Assembly (NCBI GenBank): GCA_044892525.1
Contig: CM097885.1
Coordinates: 18,726,001 to 18,790,000 of the forward strand
Length of the DNA: 64,000 nucleotides
Direction: 5' to 3'
Source of the DNA: Schmidtea polychroa
Lineage: Eukaryota
Below, piece by piece: positions 1 to 14,466 of the stretch (within the stretch, counting starts at the first letter, position 1; every line of letters starts with the position of its first letter). Made by a program: the position numbers and the translations under genes. The notes under the pieces were generated by a model. The model made no database searches. It was not told where the DNA came from and worked only from the letters and a program-made list of their open reading frames with translations.

Positions 1-241
1 AATTTATAAAATATTTCAATTATTTTCTATTATACTGTTTATACTCTCTTTATATGTTAAATAGTTGAATGTCAGTATATTAATTAATGTTAATAAAGTA
101 ATAAGATATTAAATTAATTTTGGCAAATTTTACCACCTCAACTCCATGACTAAGTGCCCGACGTCAAAATAGTCCATACTTGTCAATATTGATGTTATGA
201 TTTTGATGAATAAATCTTTTAATTAAATTCAACGATAATGA

Positions 242-1005
242 TTAAATTGCATCATTGATCTCATTCAAGGCTGGAGAATAATTCGGAAATGATTTAGTCT
301 TTGTAGGCTTCAGTTTAGTATTACCCTTTAGTTTCACATTAGGCTTCGGACAGGACTTTAAACAAAACGAGTCGATATTCGTCTTCTTGTGAATCGGATC
401 TTTAACTCGTTTGTCACTGAGAAATTTGACGATGTCTTCAACATTATCTTTAGCCTTCTGTGTCAGTTTTTGCACAAGGTTATGTGATTGAAAAACTACA
501 ACTTCCTTATGAAAAATGCGACATTGTTTGCAAAGGATTCTAGCACAGTCATGATATTTGTTTACTCTGACTTTATCTATTAAGAAGTTTGACTATGAAT
601 CAGTAAATATATCGATGTTTTTTTGATATATTTACTGATTCATAGTCAACCTTTTTAATAAATACAAAGAAAAAGAAATCAGTGGTGAAATTTGAAAAAA
701 TGAATTTATACAAAGTATGCATTTAGTATCAAATTCTTCTGATTCGTCTTTAAGTTTTGAATCTAGTTTTACGCAAAGATGATTCACAGTTAACGATTGA
801 GAATTTGAAAGAACTATTGTAAATTCACATTTCGGACATTTTATTTGACTGTAATCCAACAATTCCTTATTTATTTCAAGAATACAATTTTTATCAAAAA
901 CATGTAAACATGGTAATAATATTGACTCGCTCAAACGACTCCCATATATTTCACACAACGGTGAAATTCCTGGTGAATCTTCTAAATGAATCTTTTTTAG
1001 CAGCG
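242..1005 (-). pseudogene. TRIM-like (RING + B-box1 + B-box2) gene remnant, split by a repeat insertion at ~582-700
   Basis: Degenerate RING: LCEIY..LLPCLHVFDKNC..KCPKC. After the insert the frame of ORF 242-475 extends upstream as KCILC / IDKVRVNKYHDCARILCKQCRIFHKEVVVFQSHNLV (B-box1-like), then DPIHKKTNIDSFCLKSC (B-box2-like). Several Cys ligands are lost. Confidence 0.7.
582..700. repeat. Copy of a dispersed ~130-bp fold-back/MITE-like repeat, here forming a 25-bp perfect hairpin
   Basis: ttgactatgaatcagtaaatatatc ... gatatatttactgattcatagtcaa; related copies at ~2076-2208, ~23221-23380 and ~31222-31362. Confidence 0.8.
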
Positions 1006-1621
1006 GAACACTATTTTATATTCTTAGCAAATGCGGAGCTTCAATATTAAAAATTAGTTTAAAATAATAAATATTCACACTGCATACTTTTATCTTTTAT
1101 ACCAGGATAAACTGAATTTAAAAATAAAAGTTTAATAAAGAAAGAGAGCACTTCAATAAGAGCAATGAGTTTACCTTAAGAATTAAAGGTTTTCAATCTT
1201 TAAAAATCCTTAAAATTTAAATTATACATTGCTTGAAAATCTGGTGTTATTGGTGATAATTGCAATCTCAAATCATATTCAGAATTTAATCTGCTCCTGT
1301 ATTTTGTTTTTGCTTCACAGTATTACGAAAATCCTGATCCAAATTTTTAAGTGGCCCTTTCAAATTTGCCAGGAGCCCTTGAACATCGTCGAGTACACAT
1401 TGAAAACAACTGTTCTAAATTGTTTCCATTTATTATTAGCATTAAATCGAATATTTCCTTATAATTAATTATTTAAAAAAAAGCAATTTAGATTGAATTA
1501 GATTGAATTACAATTCTACCTGACTGTGCCATTGAGTCTGTCGAAATATATTGTAGTTAAATATACATATTGAATTTTTCGTTTTTACTTATATTTAAAT
1601 CGATACCATTATGTAGTGACT

Positions 1622-1688
1622 GTTATAATAATAATAATTATTATTATTACTTTAATTATTATTATTACTATTATTATTATTGTTATTA

Positions 1689-1776
<88 letters not shown>
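1622..1776. repeat. (TAT)n microsatellite
   Basis: Direct inspection. Confidence 0.98.
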
Positions 1777-1777
<1 letters not shown>

Positions 1778-2075
1778 AAGTGATGATTTCTTGGTAGTAG
1801 CATTAAAAAATGTTAAAAAATAAAAGGATAATTTAACTCTTTTGCTGCGAATTATATATTTAATAAAATAAAAGAATTTTCAACTATAAAATAATCCTTT
1901 TCAATTTCCTGGAATTTAGTTTTTTATTTTCCATTATTTTTAATTTTTTATTTCCTTTTTCTTCTTTGTCGTTGGTAAAAATAAATCTTTTTGAATAATT
2001 TAAAAATTAAATTTTTTAAATATCCTCTAAAATTCAAAAAAAAATAATGAAAAAATTATTTTGATTTCACTTAAA

Positions 2076-2208
2076 AAAGGCAGTGCCGAAAATTCGTAAA
2101 TATCAAAAAATCATTGATATATTTACTGATTCATAGTCAAGCTTTCTAACAAATACAGTGTCAATTGAAAAGAGATCAGTAGTGAAATTTGAAAAAGTTC
2201 TTATAATA
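2076..2208. repeat. Copy of the ~130-bp dispersed repeat
   Basis: ggcagtgccgaaaattcg...gatatatttactgattcatagtcaa...gtgaaatttgaaaaagttcttataata. Confidence 0.75.
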
Positions 2209-4589
2209 TTTTAAAAGATGTTTATATTCTGATTTTTATTCCTAATGATCTCTAAGAGTTTACTTCCTTAAAATTTGATATAATTTTTTTATATTATTTT
2301 TAAATTATTATTATGTTTTGATTAAATTACTTTTAAAAATTTTAGTTTTCAATTTTTTACCTTTATTTAAGTTATCAAAAAACTTTTTCAATATTAAAAG
2401 ACAAATAAAAATGAAAAAAAGGATATTAACTAAACTATTTCTGACACTAATTATTTTAAATATGAATTCACTACAAAAACTAGAAAATTTTTCATTGCGT
2501 TCTCCCAAGTCATTCAAAAATTCCCCCCTTTTCTGAAAATATGATACTGATAATAATTTATTGTTTCATAAAAATAATAAATAAAATTTTAAAAAGAATT
2601 GATTTTACATTTTTTATTTTATTTTTCAAACTCGATTTGATTGAAATCTCAAAAACTAGTTTACAAATCAAATATCAATTTAATTTCAGGGGAAATAAAA
2701 ATTCTGTCTACTAATACTCTTCAGAATCCGTCAATATAATCAGAAAAACACTTCAGTGAAGAAATAAATTTTGTTTAAATAAATAGATTAAGTTCTGCAA
2801 TGAATAAAAAGTAAAATTAAATAATTTCTTGTTTTTATATGGCTAAAAGCATTATTGCCTTCAGGCGCACATAATAAATAAAAATTAAAATTAAAATAAA
2901 TAAAATGCATTTGACAAATGAGACTGTCATCTTATAGGCACTTAAAAATCTGAGTTTCCTTCATAATTTTAACTTTAATGTAAAATAAAATTTAATAAAT
3001 TTAAATTGTCATTCGTACATCTATATATTTCACTATATATTTCGATAGCATCACTATCATCAGGTTACCTACATTCACGATGGATGAATAAATATACTAT
3101 ATTGATAATATATAAACAAATTATAAAATCTATAAATTTTAAATTATAAATAAAAATTTTAAACAATTATTTTTTAAAATAATTTTCAATAATCAATTAT
3201 ATTCAAACTTTTAAAATTATTTACAAATATTATTTTAATTATATTTTTAATTATTTAACATAACTATTATTAATATAAATTTAAATTTTCACTTTAAATT
3301 TTTAATTTTTCGAAGCAATTTAAAAATAAGTTTAAAATTAACAGTAGAATTAATGACAAGCCAAAATGACGGATTTCACATTTTTGGTGTAAATTATTAA
3401 TACCTTCTATTTTATCTTAAAATTTGTCAGTATTTATGATGATTTTTAATATGGCATTAAAGTAATAAATATAAATTTCTTTACTTCCGATTTAAGCACA
3501 TTAATTTCGATGATATGCTTTACGTATACCTAATTATACCTATCAACTCTGGTAGTTCAAATGTTGAATATGCATCTTCATACGTAGAACTGACTTGTTA
3601 CCAAACTAAACTATGTAGTTTTATTTCAGAATATTGACTATTTATATCATATCTGTTGTTACTTTTATATGGTTCGGTAAGATATTTGAGAATATAACGC
3701 CAACTTTCCTTTTCGATTTGGTTTCAATTTCTCCACTTCTTTCAATTTATTTATTTTTTTTGTCTTCGACCAGAAAGGCAATTTGCTTGAATCGAAAGCT
3801 CCTTTTATAGGAAACCCTTGTCTCATAAAAATCCGCATTAAATTATATTTTTACAATGAGCCTGGACCGATTTCGTCTTCAGTTTATTGGCGTTTTGTCT
3901 GTCAAGCTTGGAGTTTATAAGTTTATTAATTTATTAATTTTTTTACACTTAATTAATTAATTAGTTTGTATTCCTTTAAAAACTTTGTCTGGGAATCCTT
4001 AATTAATTTTTATATTACTATCTTTGTGTTCGTCTCATCATTTTCCATCCTGTCATATTCGTTTCACCCGAAAATCATTAATCTTTCCAACTTCAATTAT
4101 TATTTTTGATTTTTTTCTATAAACTTTTTTATTTTTTTGCACACAGATTTCTGTATATTTTACATTTTATTCTATGCTAATTTGGACAGCATCAACAAAA
4201 CAAAGAAAATTAAATAAAATTAATTAATTACATCAAAGACAAATAATTATAAGCTTTGGAAAAAGCAATGTAAACTAGTGAAAACTGAGAATAATAATTA
4301 TTTTTACTCAGCGGGGATTTCTTGAAGGTTTTATTACAATTAATTAATTAATTAAAAGTTGTTATGATCATAAATCATTGAAATTTAGTAAAAAAAATTA
4401 ATTTTCGAAAACAGAAATTATTCCATTGATTTTGTTCCATTGATTGCCAAGTTTCCGTCGGCCGTTGTTATTGATATTTATTTTAAAAGTTTCTTTAAAT
4501 AAATTAATAAAATAGTTTTTAATAAAATAATTAATTAATAAAATAATATAAAAATATAAAATTATGGTCTATCAAATTGTCTTTGGCTG

Positions 4590-4649
4590 TATTGGGGGCC
4601 CATTTTGAAAATTTTGCAAGGGGGCCCAGAATTTGAAGTTACACCACTG
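4590..4649 (-). mobile_element. Isolated terminus of a hAT-like DNA transposon
   Basis: Reverse complement starts CAGTGGTGTAAC, followed by GGGCCCC subterminal motifs; no partner end found. Confidence 0.4.
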
Positions 4650-6413
4650 TCTCCTAATCGACTATTTTTACCATAGTAGCAACTCTTATTTAGAAGTAAA
4701 ATCTTTATCTACATTTATGTAAATACGTTTTATAAATAAATTTTTAAGTTACATTGAAGCGTAAAATTTCCAATTTGGAAATTTACAATAGATTTCTAAT
4801 CAAAAAAATTTGACAAGTTTGAACAAGAAAACTTATGCATCAGAATCTTATAATTTTTACAAAAGGTTTTTATGTACAAGAAATAAAATTCATATATGTA
4901 ATAGCAAACAAATAAAAGTTTGATAAGCAAAAATAATTTCCCATTATACATATTAAAAAAATTAAATTTAAAATAATAATTATTGTTTAAAATTTTGGTT
5001 CCTACATACCTACTTGGAATATTGAAGTCATTGTGATTTTCTACACGTATTAAAACAAAAAAAATATTTTTTAATTTGCCAATTGTTTGTTGAAGAATGA
5101 AATAAAAAAACGAGCATGTAAATAATTATTAATTATTTCTTTAATACGGGCTAAAGAAACCGAAAACTATTTTAACTGAATTTAGTCTAGATATTTATCA
5201 TTAATTAAATTATGTAATTAAATGTAAATATGGACTCACAGAACCTTTTGTGGAATAATTAATTTTTTTATAAAATGCTTTTTGCAAAATATAAAAGTGG
5301 GGAAAAGTGAGTCATCTGGCACAAAGTGTTCTGATTAGCTGAATAGAATCTTGACTCGTCTAAATGATGGCCCATGTTGTTATGAATCGGCAGACATTTT
5401 GGTATGATTTAGCGAGTATTACAATGAGGAATCTCGAAAATATAACAAAGACAATGAATCATTGAAAACCTTTGTTTGGCCAGTCAGAAACCTTTTTTAC
5501 GATCGTAATCGTTTAATTTTTATATAGGGCTTTCTTTCAGAAATATAAATTTTAATTTTTTTAAACAAGAAAAGACATACATCTCTTTAAAGAGTAAAAG
5601 ATGTATCTTCATTTCTTACCCAAACGTTATTTTATGAATCAGCACCGCCAAAGAAAGCATGTTGGATCATGATGTCCAAGGTTACACGAGGGTCGAAGGT
5701 CACTAAATTAGGTATTTAGTGGCTCCCTGAAACACCTATCATTTTTATGAATTTCATGTTGATTGAAAGAATATTTAAAAATTTAAGGTTTTAATGTTAA
5801 TTCTAAGATAAATTTAATTAATTTCTTGATAATAACTGTATTTTTATTGACTTGTTTTTTAATTTAATTTTAAATAAAAATTATTTTTAATGACAGGTTA
5901 ATAATTAGAGTTTTTACAATAATCAAGTGATAGGATAAATTTTGATGATGATGATGACTTTGTAATGATATTGAATTTGACTAAATTATTTTTTCAATAA
6001 TTTTCTAAGAATATTTCCATTTACACATTGATAAACTTTTAAATATTAAAAATCATAAGCTAAAAAACCAGTTAACTTTATCAAGGACAGATAAAATATA
6101 TTTGAAATCTACTTGAAAATTATTGTAGGAAATACTGAAATTTGTGATTTAATTTGCTATAATTGCTTGAAAATGATTGGCTGATTCGTTTGAAAATTAT
6201 GTTCAAATCAAGTATTTGATGTGGTGAAATATTTGTTGAAAATAATGATTTAAGTGAATTTGATCTTTGATAGAGTTCTTATTATATAGCTACTAAATTA
6301 TTTCAATGGAAGAATGTTTGGAGTCTGTAACATTTAGATAAAATTCATATTTTTGAAGAATTTTCTATGGGTTTTAAGGGGATTAATATATATTAAAGGG
6401 ATATGACCTCAAG

Positions 6414-6901
6414 TGGATGGAATTAAGGGTTGGATTTAGCAAGGGATTGGTTAAGATGAGAATATATGATTTTTAAGAGGGATTTAGTTGGTTGGATGTT
6501 TAAAGTGGTAAAATTATTTCGTGATGGATTGGTTAATGTGGGAATCTTTTGAATATTTAAATGGGTATTGTTCTTGTTGGAAATTTTTTAAGGGAAATTA
6601 CATTAGGAGAAATAGTGAATCAATAATAGTTCCTGTGTGAAATTATATTGTTTTGTTAGAGTGTGACGAATGTTAGTGCACAGTAAATTAATTTAGATTT
6701 CTGGTTTAGTAATGTAATTTCCCTTAAAAAATTTCCAACAAGAACAATACCCATTTAAATATTCAAAAGATTCCCACATTAACCAATCCATCACGAAATA
6801 ATTTTACCACTTTAAACATCCAACCAACTAAATCCCTCTTAAAAATCATATATTCTCATCTTAACCAATCCCTTGCTAAATCCAACCCTTAATTCCATCC
6901 A
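6414..6901. repeat. Perfect 192-bp inverted repeat (6414-6605 / 6710-6901) with a 104-bp spacer
   Basis: Arms are base-for-base reverse complements on inspection. Confidence 0.95.
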
Positions 6902-7879
6902 TTTTTAAATTTTCTATTAATTATCCAGGGTTTCATTAAATCGTTTAGTGTTAATAATCAATTTACTTGGTTTTATGTTTTGACAATGAAATATTTAGAG
7001 ATAATTGGGATTGATATCAACTTTAAACTATTTTTAAAAGAAAGTTGATCTTTATTGGAGGAAATTTATGATTTATCATGTGATTTTAATTAGATTTTTA
7101 GAAATTAAATCGGTTGAATATCAGTTAAGGGTAAAATATGATCATTTGAAGAAATATAGAGATTTTATTGAATGGATAAATTTAATATTTCAATGGGACC
7201 TAGTTGATTATAAGGGAATTGTACAGTAATATTTATTTTGTTTTAAATTTTGAGTAGAGTGATTTAGAACAAAAATTTAATTATAACTGGTTTTATCAAT
7301 AGATTTTATAAATCATATTGGATTAATATTTTTAGATGTTTTATAGGGAAATATTTGTGATAATAGGAATTAAAGGTAAATTATAGTCATTTAAAAGTAT
7401 TTTAATGAATCTTATTGATATAACATTAAGAGGAAGAATATATGATCTTTTACGAGTACTTGTCGTTAAAATACCAATCTTTAAATATTGATAGATATTT
7501 CAGGGAAATTTGATGCTTTTTAGATGATTTTAATGGAGAATGACACTTGGATATAACAAATGGTAGAATATTGTCATTTAAATTAATTTACTAGTTTATT
7601 AGATGTTATCATTAGTGGGCTTATGTCAGTCTCCTTTGGAATTTAATGATAATTATTTTTAGTGTAAATTGACGACTTTGATAATTGTAATGAATTTATA
7701 CTGAATTTTCTGAATAATTTGACCAATCAGTCAATCAATTTTAGTATACATGTATTACTTTTTAAAAATCATTGCAATTAATTTATTTCAATTAATTTAT
7801 TCAATCTAAATCAATTATCTACCAGATCTTATTACAAAATTCTTATTAATTAATTAACAGTTAAAGAAAAGCAACACAA

Positions 7880-10800
7880 CAATGGATTTCGGAATGCTGA
7901 AGAAGGAATTATTGAAAACCTTCGGTATAAGCGAGCAAGAAGCCTTTACAAAACTTTTACAGAAAAAAGTTATTAATGGCTGATAACTTGAATGTTCATG
8001 TAAAAGCTTACCAAGTGATTTGTCAAATCAACTAAAAATGTCAACAGCGTCAACAATGAATGAGTTAGTCGCTCAAGCAAAGAAAATTTTATGACAATGA
8101 AACGGTTGCAGTAGTAGTACCGAGATCAGATAGAGGAAAACAAGCCAATCGAAAATGCTATATCTGCAATAGTGCTAATCATGTGGTAAGATACTGTCCA
8201 GAAAGACGCAACATCAGATGTGCAAAATACTGTATTATGGGACATATTTCAAGGTTTTGCAAGTCGGGAAAAGGTCAATGTGGAGTCGGGTGTGGCTCCA
8301 AGAATTGTGAATATATGAGACTCCTAAAAGTAAATTGTGATGTAAAAGCATGTTTAGTTGATTCGGGCAGCACTAACACTATAGTAAAAGGAAATCCACG
8401 AAAATCCAGGACTGCGGTGGCGATGCTTGATGGTTCAATCATATATGCTGAGAGAAGTAAAGTTGATATATTGGTTGAAGATAAGTTATTTAATATTAAT
8501 TGTTTAATATACCCGAAATTAGTATTCAATTATGATGTAATTTTAGGAGTGAATGCTATTTATAGGTTTGTTGGAGTTCGATTGAATAAAGAAGCCATAT
8601 TCGGTTGCGAAGAAACACCTTGTCACGTAGCATGCTCTAGTAGTAGTATGTCAGAAATATTGAAGGAAAATATCTCTGTGAGATTTGAAAACGAGAAATG
8701 GATTGTCAAATGGGATTAGAAGTCAGAGCCGCCGAAATTTCTACCTAATAGAAATTCAAACTTTTATGATAATTGTAGTAAGGATCAGGAGACGATGCGT
8801 ATCTTGAATTCTTGGATATCTAACAGCTATCTAGTTGATTACGACGAGAAAGCAATGGGCAAACAGATCGGATCAGTACCTATCTATGGTATAATTCAGT
8901 TAAATAAAGCAAAAGTGCGTCCAGTTTTTGACTTTAGGAGTATCACTAAATATATTGATGTATATAATGGGAATGCAGATATCTGTTATGAAAAATTACG
9001 ATCATGGAGATGTTTAAGTAAAGAATTTGCAATTTTAGATTTATCTGATGCATATATGGAAATACACGTGGATAAAACCATGTGGTGATATCAATCTTGT
9101 ATGGTTAATGGGAAGAAATATGCGCTTACGAGAATGGTATTTGGATTGAATATCGCGCCAATGATAATGACAGAGATTGTGAATAAAGTATTGAACAACA
9201 ATGAATTAATCAAGAATAGCACAAGTTCATACATAGACGATGTAAGGAGTTAGTAAACCTCTATATATAAAATTATTATGGTTAAATGGTAGAAGTGAGA
9301 TCAGTTAGTAGAAATAATTATTTCTGTTAAATTTTTATATTTAAATTCTATATTAAATTATATTAAATTAAATCAATTAAATGTATGACTAGTAATTACA
9401 TTAATATTAATAGTTATCACGCCTCGGTATTTAAATACGCTAGTAAACGACACAAGTTTGAAGTTGTTATAAAAATAAATGCTTGAAGAAGATTTGAATT
9501 TGATTGCATCTAACAGACGATATATTCTTAGATGAATCTAAAGTTAAAGCAAATGAAGTAAGTGCAGAAATGCGTAAATTTGGTCTGATATGTAAAGAAG
9601 AAGAAAAAGTCAAGGATACTTTCAGTGTAAGAGTATTAGGTATTGATGTATTCCGAAAGAATAACGAACTACATTGGAAAAGATTAAACGATATTGGGAT
9701 AAATGAATTAAATGAAGGGCTTTCAAGAAGAGAGTTTTATTTGTTATATGGCCAGTTAGTTGGAATTTATCCTGTGTCTGGGTGGTTGTGGCCAGCTTGC
9801 TCATATATCAAGAGGCTATCCAGAGGAAATTTGGATGATTCAATAGAAAATCATATCGTTGACAAAGTAAAATGGTTATTAGAAAAAGTGAATGCAAGAG
9901 ATCCATCGTCAGGTATTTGGAGTGTTCCCAGCAATCAGACAGGCATAATTTGGTGCGATGCAAGTTCGATCGCCATTGGAATTATATTAGAAATGGAAGG
10001 TTCAATGGTTGAAGATGCGTGTTGGTTGCAAAAACCTGATGGTTCAAGACATATTAATTTGGTGGAATTAGAAGCGATTGTGAAAGGTATTAATTTATGT
10101 ATTAAATAGAATCTAAAGTACATCAAAATTAAATCCGATAGTAAATCAGTTGTGTGTTGGGTTAAGAGCATATTATCAAGCGACAGAAAAATACATACAA
10201 AAGCAAATTCAGAGTTGTTAATATGACGAAGGCTGTAGCGATTGAATATAAACTTAAAATGGACATTGAGTTTGTATCTACAGAAAATAACAAGTCTGGT
10301 GTATTACCGAGAGTACCAGCAAACTGGATGATTATTAAAAAAGAAGTCGCAGCTCTAGACAATCAAGGAAGCTCGAAAATGTGTTATTAGAGATTCACAA
10401 GTACTCCCATGTAGGGAAAAATCGTATTCAATTCTTAGCATCGGAAGCGGGGCCACTAAATGTGGATAATAAGATCTCAGAAATAATTGCAAGTTGTAAT
10501 CAATGCCTATCAATTGACTCAGCGCCAGTAACGTGGGAAAAGGTGAACTAAGCTGTGATGAAAATTGGTGCTGGTTAGCAATTGATGTAGCTAAATTTGC
10601 TAAAGATAAATATTTGACAATTATTGATCGTGGACCATCGAGATATGCAATCTGGAAGAAAATTAAAAATGAAAATGTAGAAGAGATATGTAATGCCTTA
10701 AATGAAGTGCTATATGAAAGAGGAGCTCCAAGTGAAATATTATTAGATAATTACTTGTCTTTAAGATCTAGAACATTTCAAGAATTAGAGGATAAATGGA

Positions 10801-11248
10801 ATGCTGAGTTGGTATTCAGAACAGTGAACCGCCCAGCGGGAAACGGGATCATTGAATGCAGTCATCGGACAATCAAATCTCTAGCAGCTAGGTCCTCAGG
10901 AACGATCGCAAAAGCTGTGTACTGGTTCAACAATACGCCAAACAACAATAATATTTGTCCATCTAGAGCCATATTTAGATATAATCCAAAGCTGAATTTG
11001 CCAAGCTACAATAAAAAAGAAATAATAATCGAAGCAAAATATTCTTCTGGTGACCCAGTATGGATAAAATCGAATTTGAATCTAAAATGCACAGAAAGAT
11101 GGAAAGACGGGCATATCATCAAACCATTATCAAATACAAAATTTTAGTCAGGTGTAACGGATATAATATGCCGCGGCACGAGGGCGATATTAGAAAAAGA
11201 GTTTTTAAAGATTCAGATGAATCTGGTGTGGATGTAGGAATAGTGTAA
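7880..11248 (+). mobile_element. Decayed Gypsy-type LTR retrotransposon internal region (gag-PR-RT-RH-IN); no LTRs seen
   Basis: Zn knuckles CYICNSANHVVRYC / CAKYCIMGHISRFC; protease LVDSGS; RT VRPVFDFR, LDLSDAY and (S)YIDDI; RNase H WCDASS..HINLVELEA; integrase LAIDV..ILLDN..GNGIIECSHRTIK; multiple stops and frameshifts. Confidence 0.93.
9241..9515 (+). mobile_element. Solo LTR (same family as the element at 34690-39235)
   Basis: TGTAAG...CTAACA, 275 bp; 5-bp TSD GACGA (9236-9240 / 9516-9520); closely similar to the reverse complement of 34690-34973. Confidence 0.96.
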
Positions 11249-12360
11249 TATTAAACAATTAATGTTTGAAAAAACGTGTTTAGTCTTACAAATGCATTTT
11301 TACTTCGCAATGATAAGTCAGTAGTAATCAACTAAAATTTAAGCAGATCTTTTGTGAATTAGAATTCTATAGTCTTTCGTTGTAATTTTATTTTCAATTC
11401 CCCGTGATATTTTAAAGTGGTTGAGTTGACAATAGTTCTCATTCATTTTTGACGACAATCATCATTGTTAGTATCTAGTTAATAGGTAGGTGCGGAGTTG
11501 AGTGTAACCAATACCCTTACGACCAATACCTATAGAGGGACAAAACATCCTGTCGGATAAGCTCAGACTATATATAATAAAACGAATAAGTATTTATTGA
11601 ATAAGCATGCAATTTTTACTTTTCAATAATAAGTCAGCAGTAATCAATTAAAAGTTAAGCAGATCTTTTGTGAATAAAAATTAGAATTCTATAGTCTTTC
11701 GTTGTAATTTTATTTAAATATTTTTGAATTCCACGTGATGTTTTAAAGAGGTTGACAATTATTCATTTTTTGACGAAAATCATCATTTTTTGTTAAATTT
11801 AGACATTTATAAAAGGTTTTTCTATTGATTGTAATTAAAATTATTTTTGAATTCTAACACAAATAAAGAAATTTATTTATTTAAAAAGTATTTGATAAAA
11901 TACAATGAAGAATGCTTAGTTGGTTGTAAGTAGCTAGTTGTAAGTGATTAGTATCTAGTTGTTTGAGACCTAGTTAGTACTTGTTATTTGGTACCTAGTT
12001 CGTTGCTTGTTGTTGGGACCTAGTTATTAACACTAATCTGTTAGTTGCTAGTTTTAAGTACTTGGTATCTAGTTATTAGCCGGTTGTAAGTACTCAGTTG
12101 TAAGTATTTGGTACTTATTTGTTAGTACCTAGTAAAAATACTTAGTAGCTGGTAGTTGGTATCTGATTGTAAATAGTACCTAGATACTACCTAGTTGTTT
12201 GGTAACTAGTGGTTAGTTGTTTGTTAGAAGTACATTGTTGTAAGTATTTGGTATCTGGTTGACTTTCTAGATTTTGACAAGAATATAAGAAATATTCTAC
12301 TTGCTTAATTAAAAAGAGCTTATTATAAGCAAATACTTGATGAATAAATTTTATTAAGTA

Positions 12361-13336
12361 CACCTAACTGTGAAATATAACATTATCTATAATCTTAAAA
12401 AAAATCAATAAATATATATTATAGGAACACACAAACTTACCTGTGTGTAAAAATTTAATGCTACGAAATTTAACATATTTATTATAGGAATCTAAAAAGT
12501 GAGAGAAAATAATTAAGCATGCAAGCACAGCACACATAATGAAAAATACATACAAAATTAAGTAAAGTGTTTTTTATGCGAAATTAACATTGATTAACAT
12601 ATAATTAACATATCAATATTTTCAAATTATTTAAAAAGTTATGTACAAAAAAACTTTTGAATCAGATTCTGACTGCTCTACCTTGAGCTTTAGGGAAAAA
12701 GAAGAAAATACATCGTAAGATTTAATTATAAAATAATTTAGAATATAAAATTTCTTTAGATTTACAGATATTGAAGAAGGTCCTTCGACATCTTTGAATT
12801 TGCAGGAAAAAAATCGCAAATCGTAAATTTTAATAAATTATTTTAACAAATTAATATTTTCATAGAATTACAGAAATAGACAAAATTCGAAAGAAGATTA
12901 CAAAAACTTAAAAAATATTTTATCCATTCTTTTCTAAATGTCTTTAAAAAATAAATGTTTGGTGATTACTTTACTTATTTATAATTATAAAAATATCTAA
13001 CTTACATTTTTACGAAATAAATCCAAATAAATCCAAATAAAATACCATAAAATTCCTAAAAAACACCTGAAATTTAATTATCAATGTTATATATTATTAA
13101 TATTATAAATGCTGACTAACAGTAATATTTAAGAACTTGAATAATGATCTCATAATTATATAAAATCAAAATTCAAGTCCTAAAAATTACTTCAATTCAA
13201 AAACTTACCTTAAAACGATTTTTGAAAAATTGAAAAAATGAAATTAAGTTAACATTGTCATATAATTGGTGACTCACCTCAGGTGGTGTGCACACCAACG
13301 TATATTATAGACAATGTTAACTTTCGCAGTTAGGTG
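12361..13336. mobile_element. Non-autonomous TIR element (~0.97 kb), TA-flanked; copy 1
   Basis: TIR cacctaactgtgaaa.taacatt.tctataat / attatagacaatgttaactttcgcagttaggtg; TA on both sides; near-identical copy at 62702-63645. Confidence 0.93.
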
Positions 13337-14466
13337 TATTTAATTGTTATTATGTTGTGTGTAGGTATGTGGTTATTAGTACTTGTTTGTAAGTACTTGG
13401 TTATTGTTGGTATCTGATTGTTGAATTATTATTAATATTATTATTATTATTATCATTGAAATGTGTATCTAAATTTATCTTTAAAAATTATTTATATTAA
13501 AATTTTCAATAAAAATTTCATTTCTCAAAAGTTGGTGGATATTCAAATTTTAAATTATTACTTTAATTTACTTATTTAAAAATTTTTAACTTTAATTACT
13601 TTAATTTAAATATATTACTTTAAATTAAAAATATTACATTAATTTTTAAATTTAACCTTAATTTACCTAAATAACTTAGACCTTAATTTACTTTAATTTA
13701 CTTATTACTACCAATTCTCATCTTAATTCAAAATTTAATACTTAATTTTAAAATTTAGTGCTTCATTTGCTTATTTACCAAATATAACCCTAATTTACTA
13801 TTGTTATTATTAGTAGAAGTTAATTGAAATCTGTCTTTGAAATTAATTTAAAAAAAATCTGTATTTAATTTTGCCTTTGAAAATTATTTCATAAAACTTT
13901 CAGCTTAAATTGAAAATTATTTCATAAAATTTTCCATTTAAAATTTTTTTCTCAAAAGCTGGTGGTTATTTAAACTTTTTGATAATAAATTTAAAATTAT
14001 TACTTTAATTTACTTTACCATTGATTACTTAATTATCCTTAATTTACCTATTTATCATTGTATTGCTTAATTTAACATTTTGCACTATCATTTACTTATT
14101 TACCAAGTATATTTACATATTTAACCAATAATTTCACGTGGTCATTGATTAATTCACAAAGATTTGCATCTAAAATTAATATTGAAAAATATTTCATAGA
14201 AATTTCAATCTAAAATTGTAATTGAAAAATATTTCATAAAAAATTTCATTAAAAAATTTCATTTCTCAAAAGTTGGTGGTTATTCAAACGTGTTGATAAT
14301 AAATTTAAAATTCTTACTTTAATTTACTTATTACATTAATTATTTTAAATTTTAAATATTACTTTACTTTAAAATTGCAGATCATCGATTATTTAATTTA
14401 AAGATTTCGACCTTGTATTACTTGATTTAAAAATTTAGACTTTTGATTCCCAAATATATTCATTGA

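Noticed and set aside
1570..1803. Poly-Tyr and poly-Ile ORFs
   Set aside because: Translations of a (TAT)n microsatellite.
12631..12819. 62-aa ORF duplicated at 62940-63128
   Set aside because: Identity reflects the recent duplication of the TIR element; no recognisable domain.
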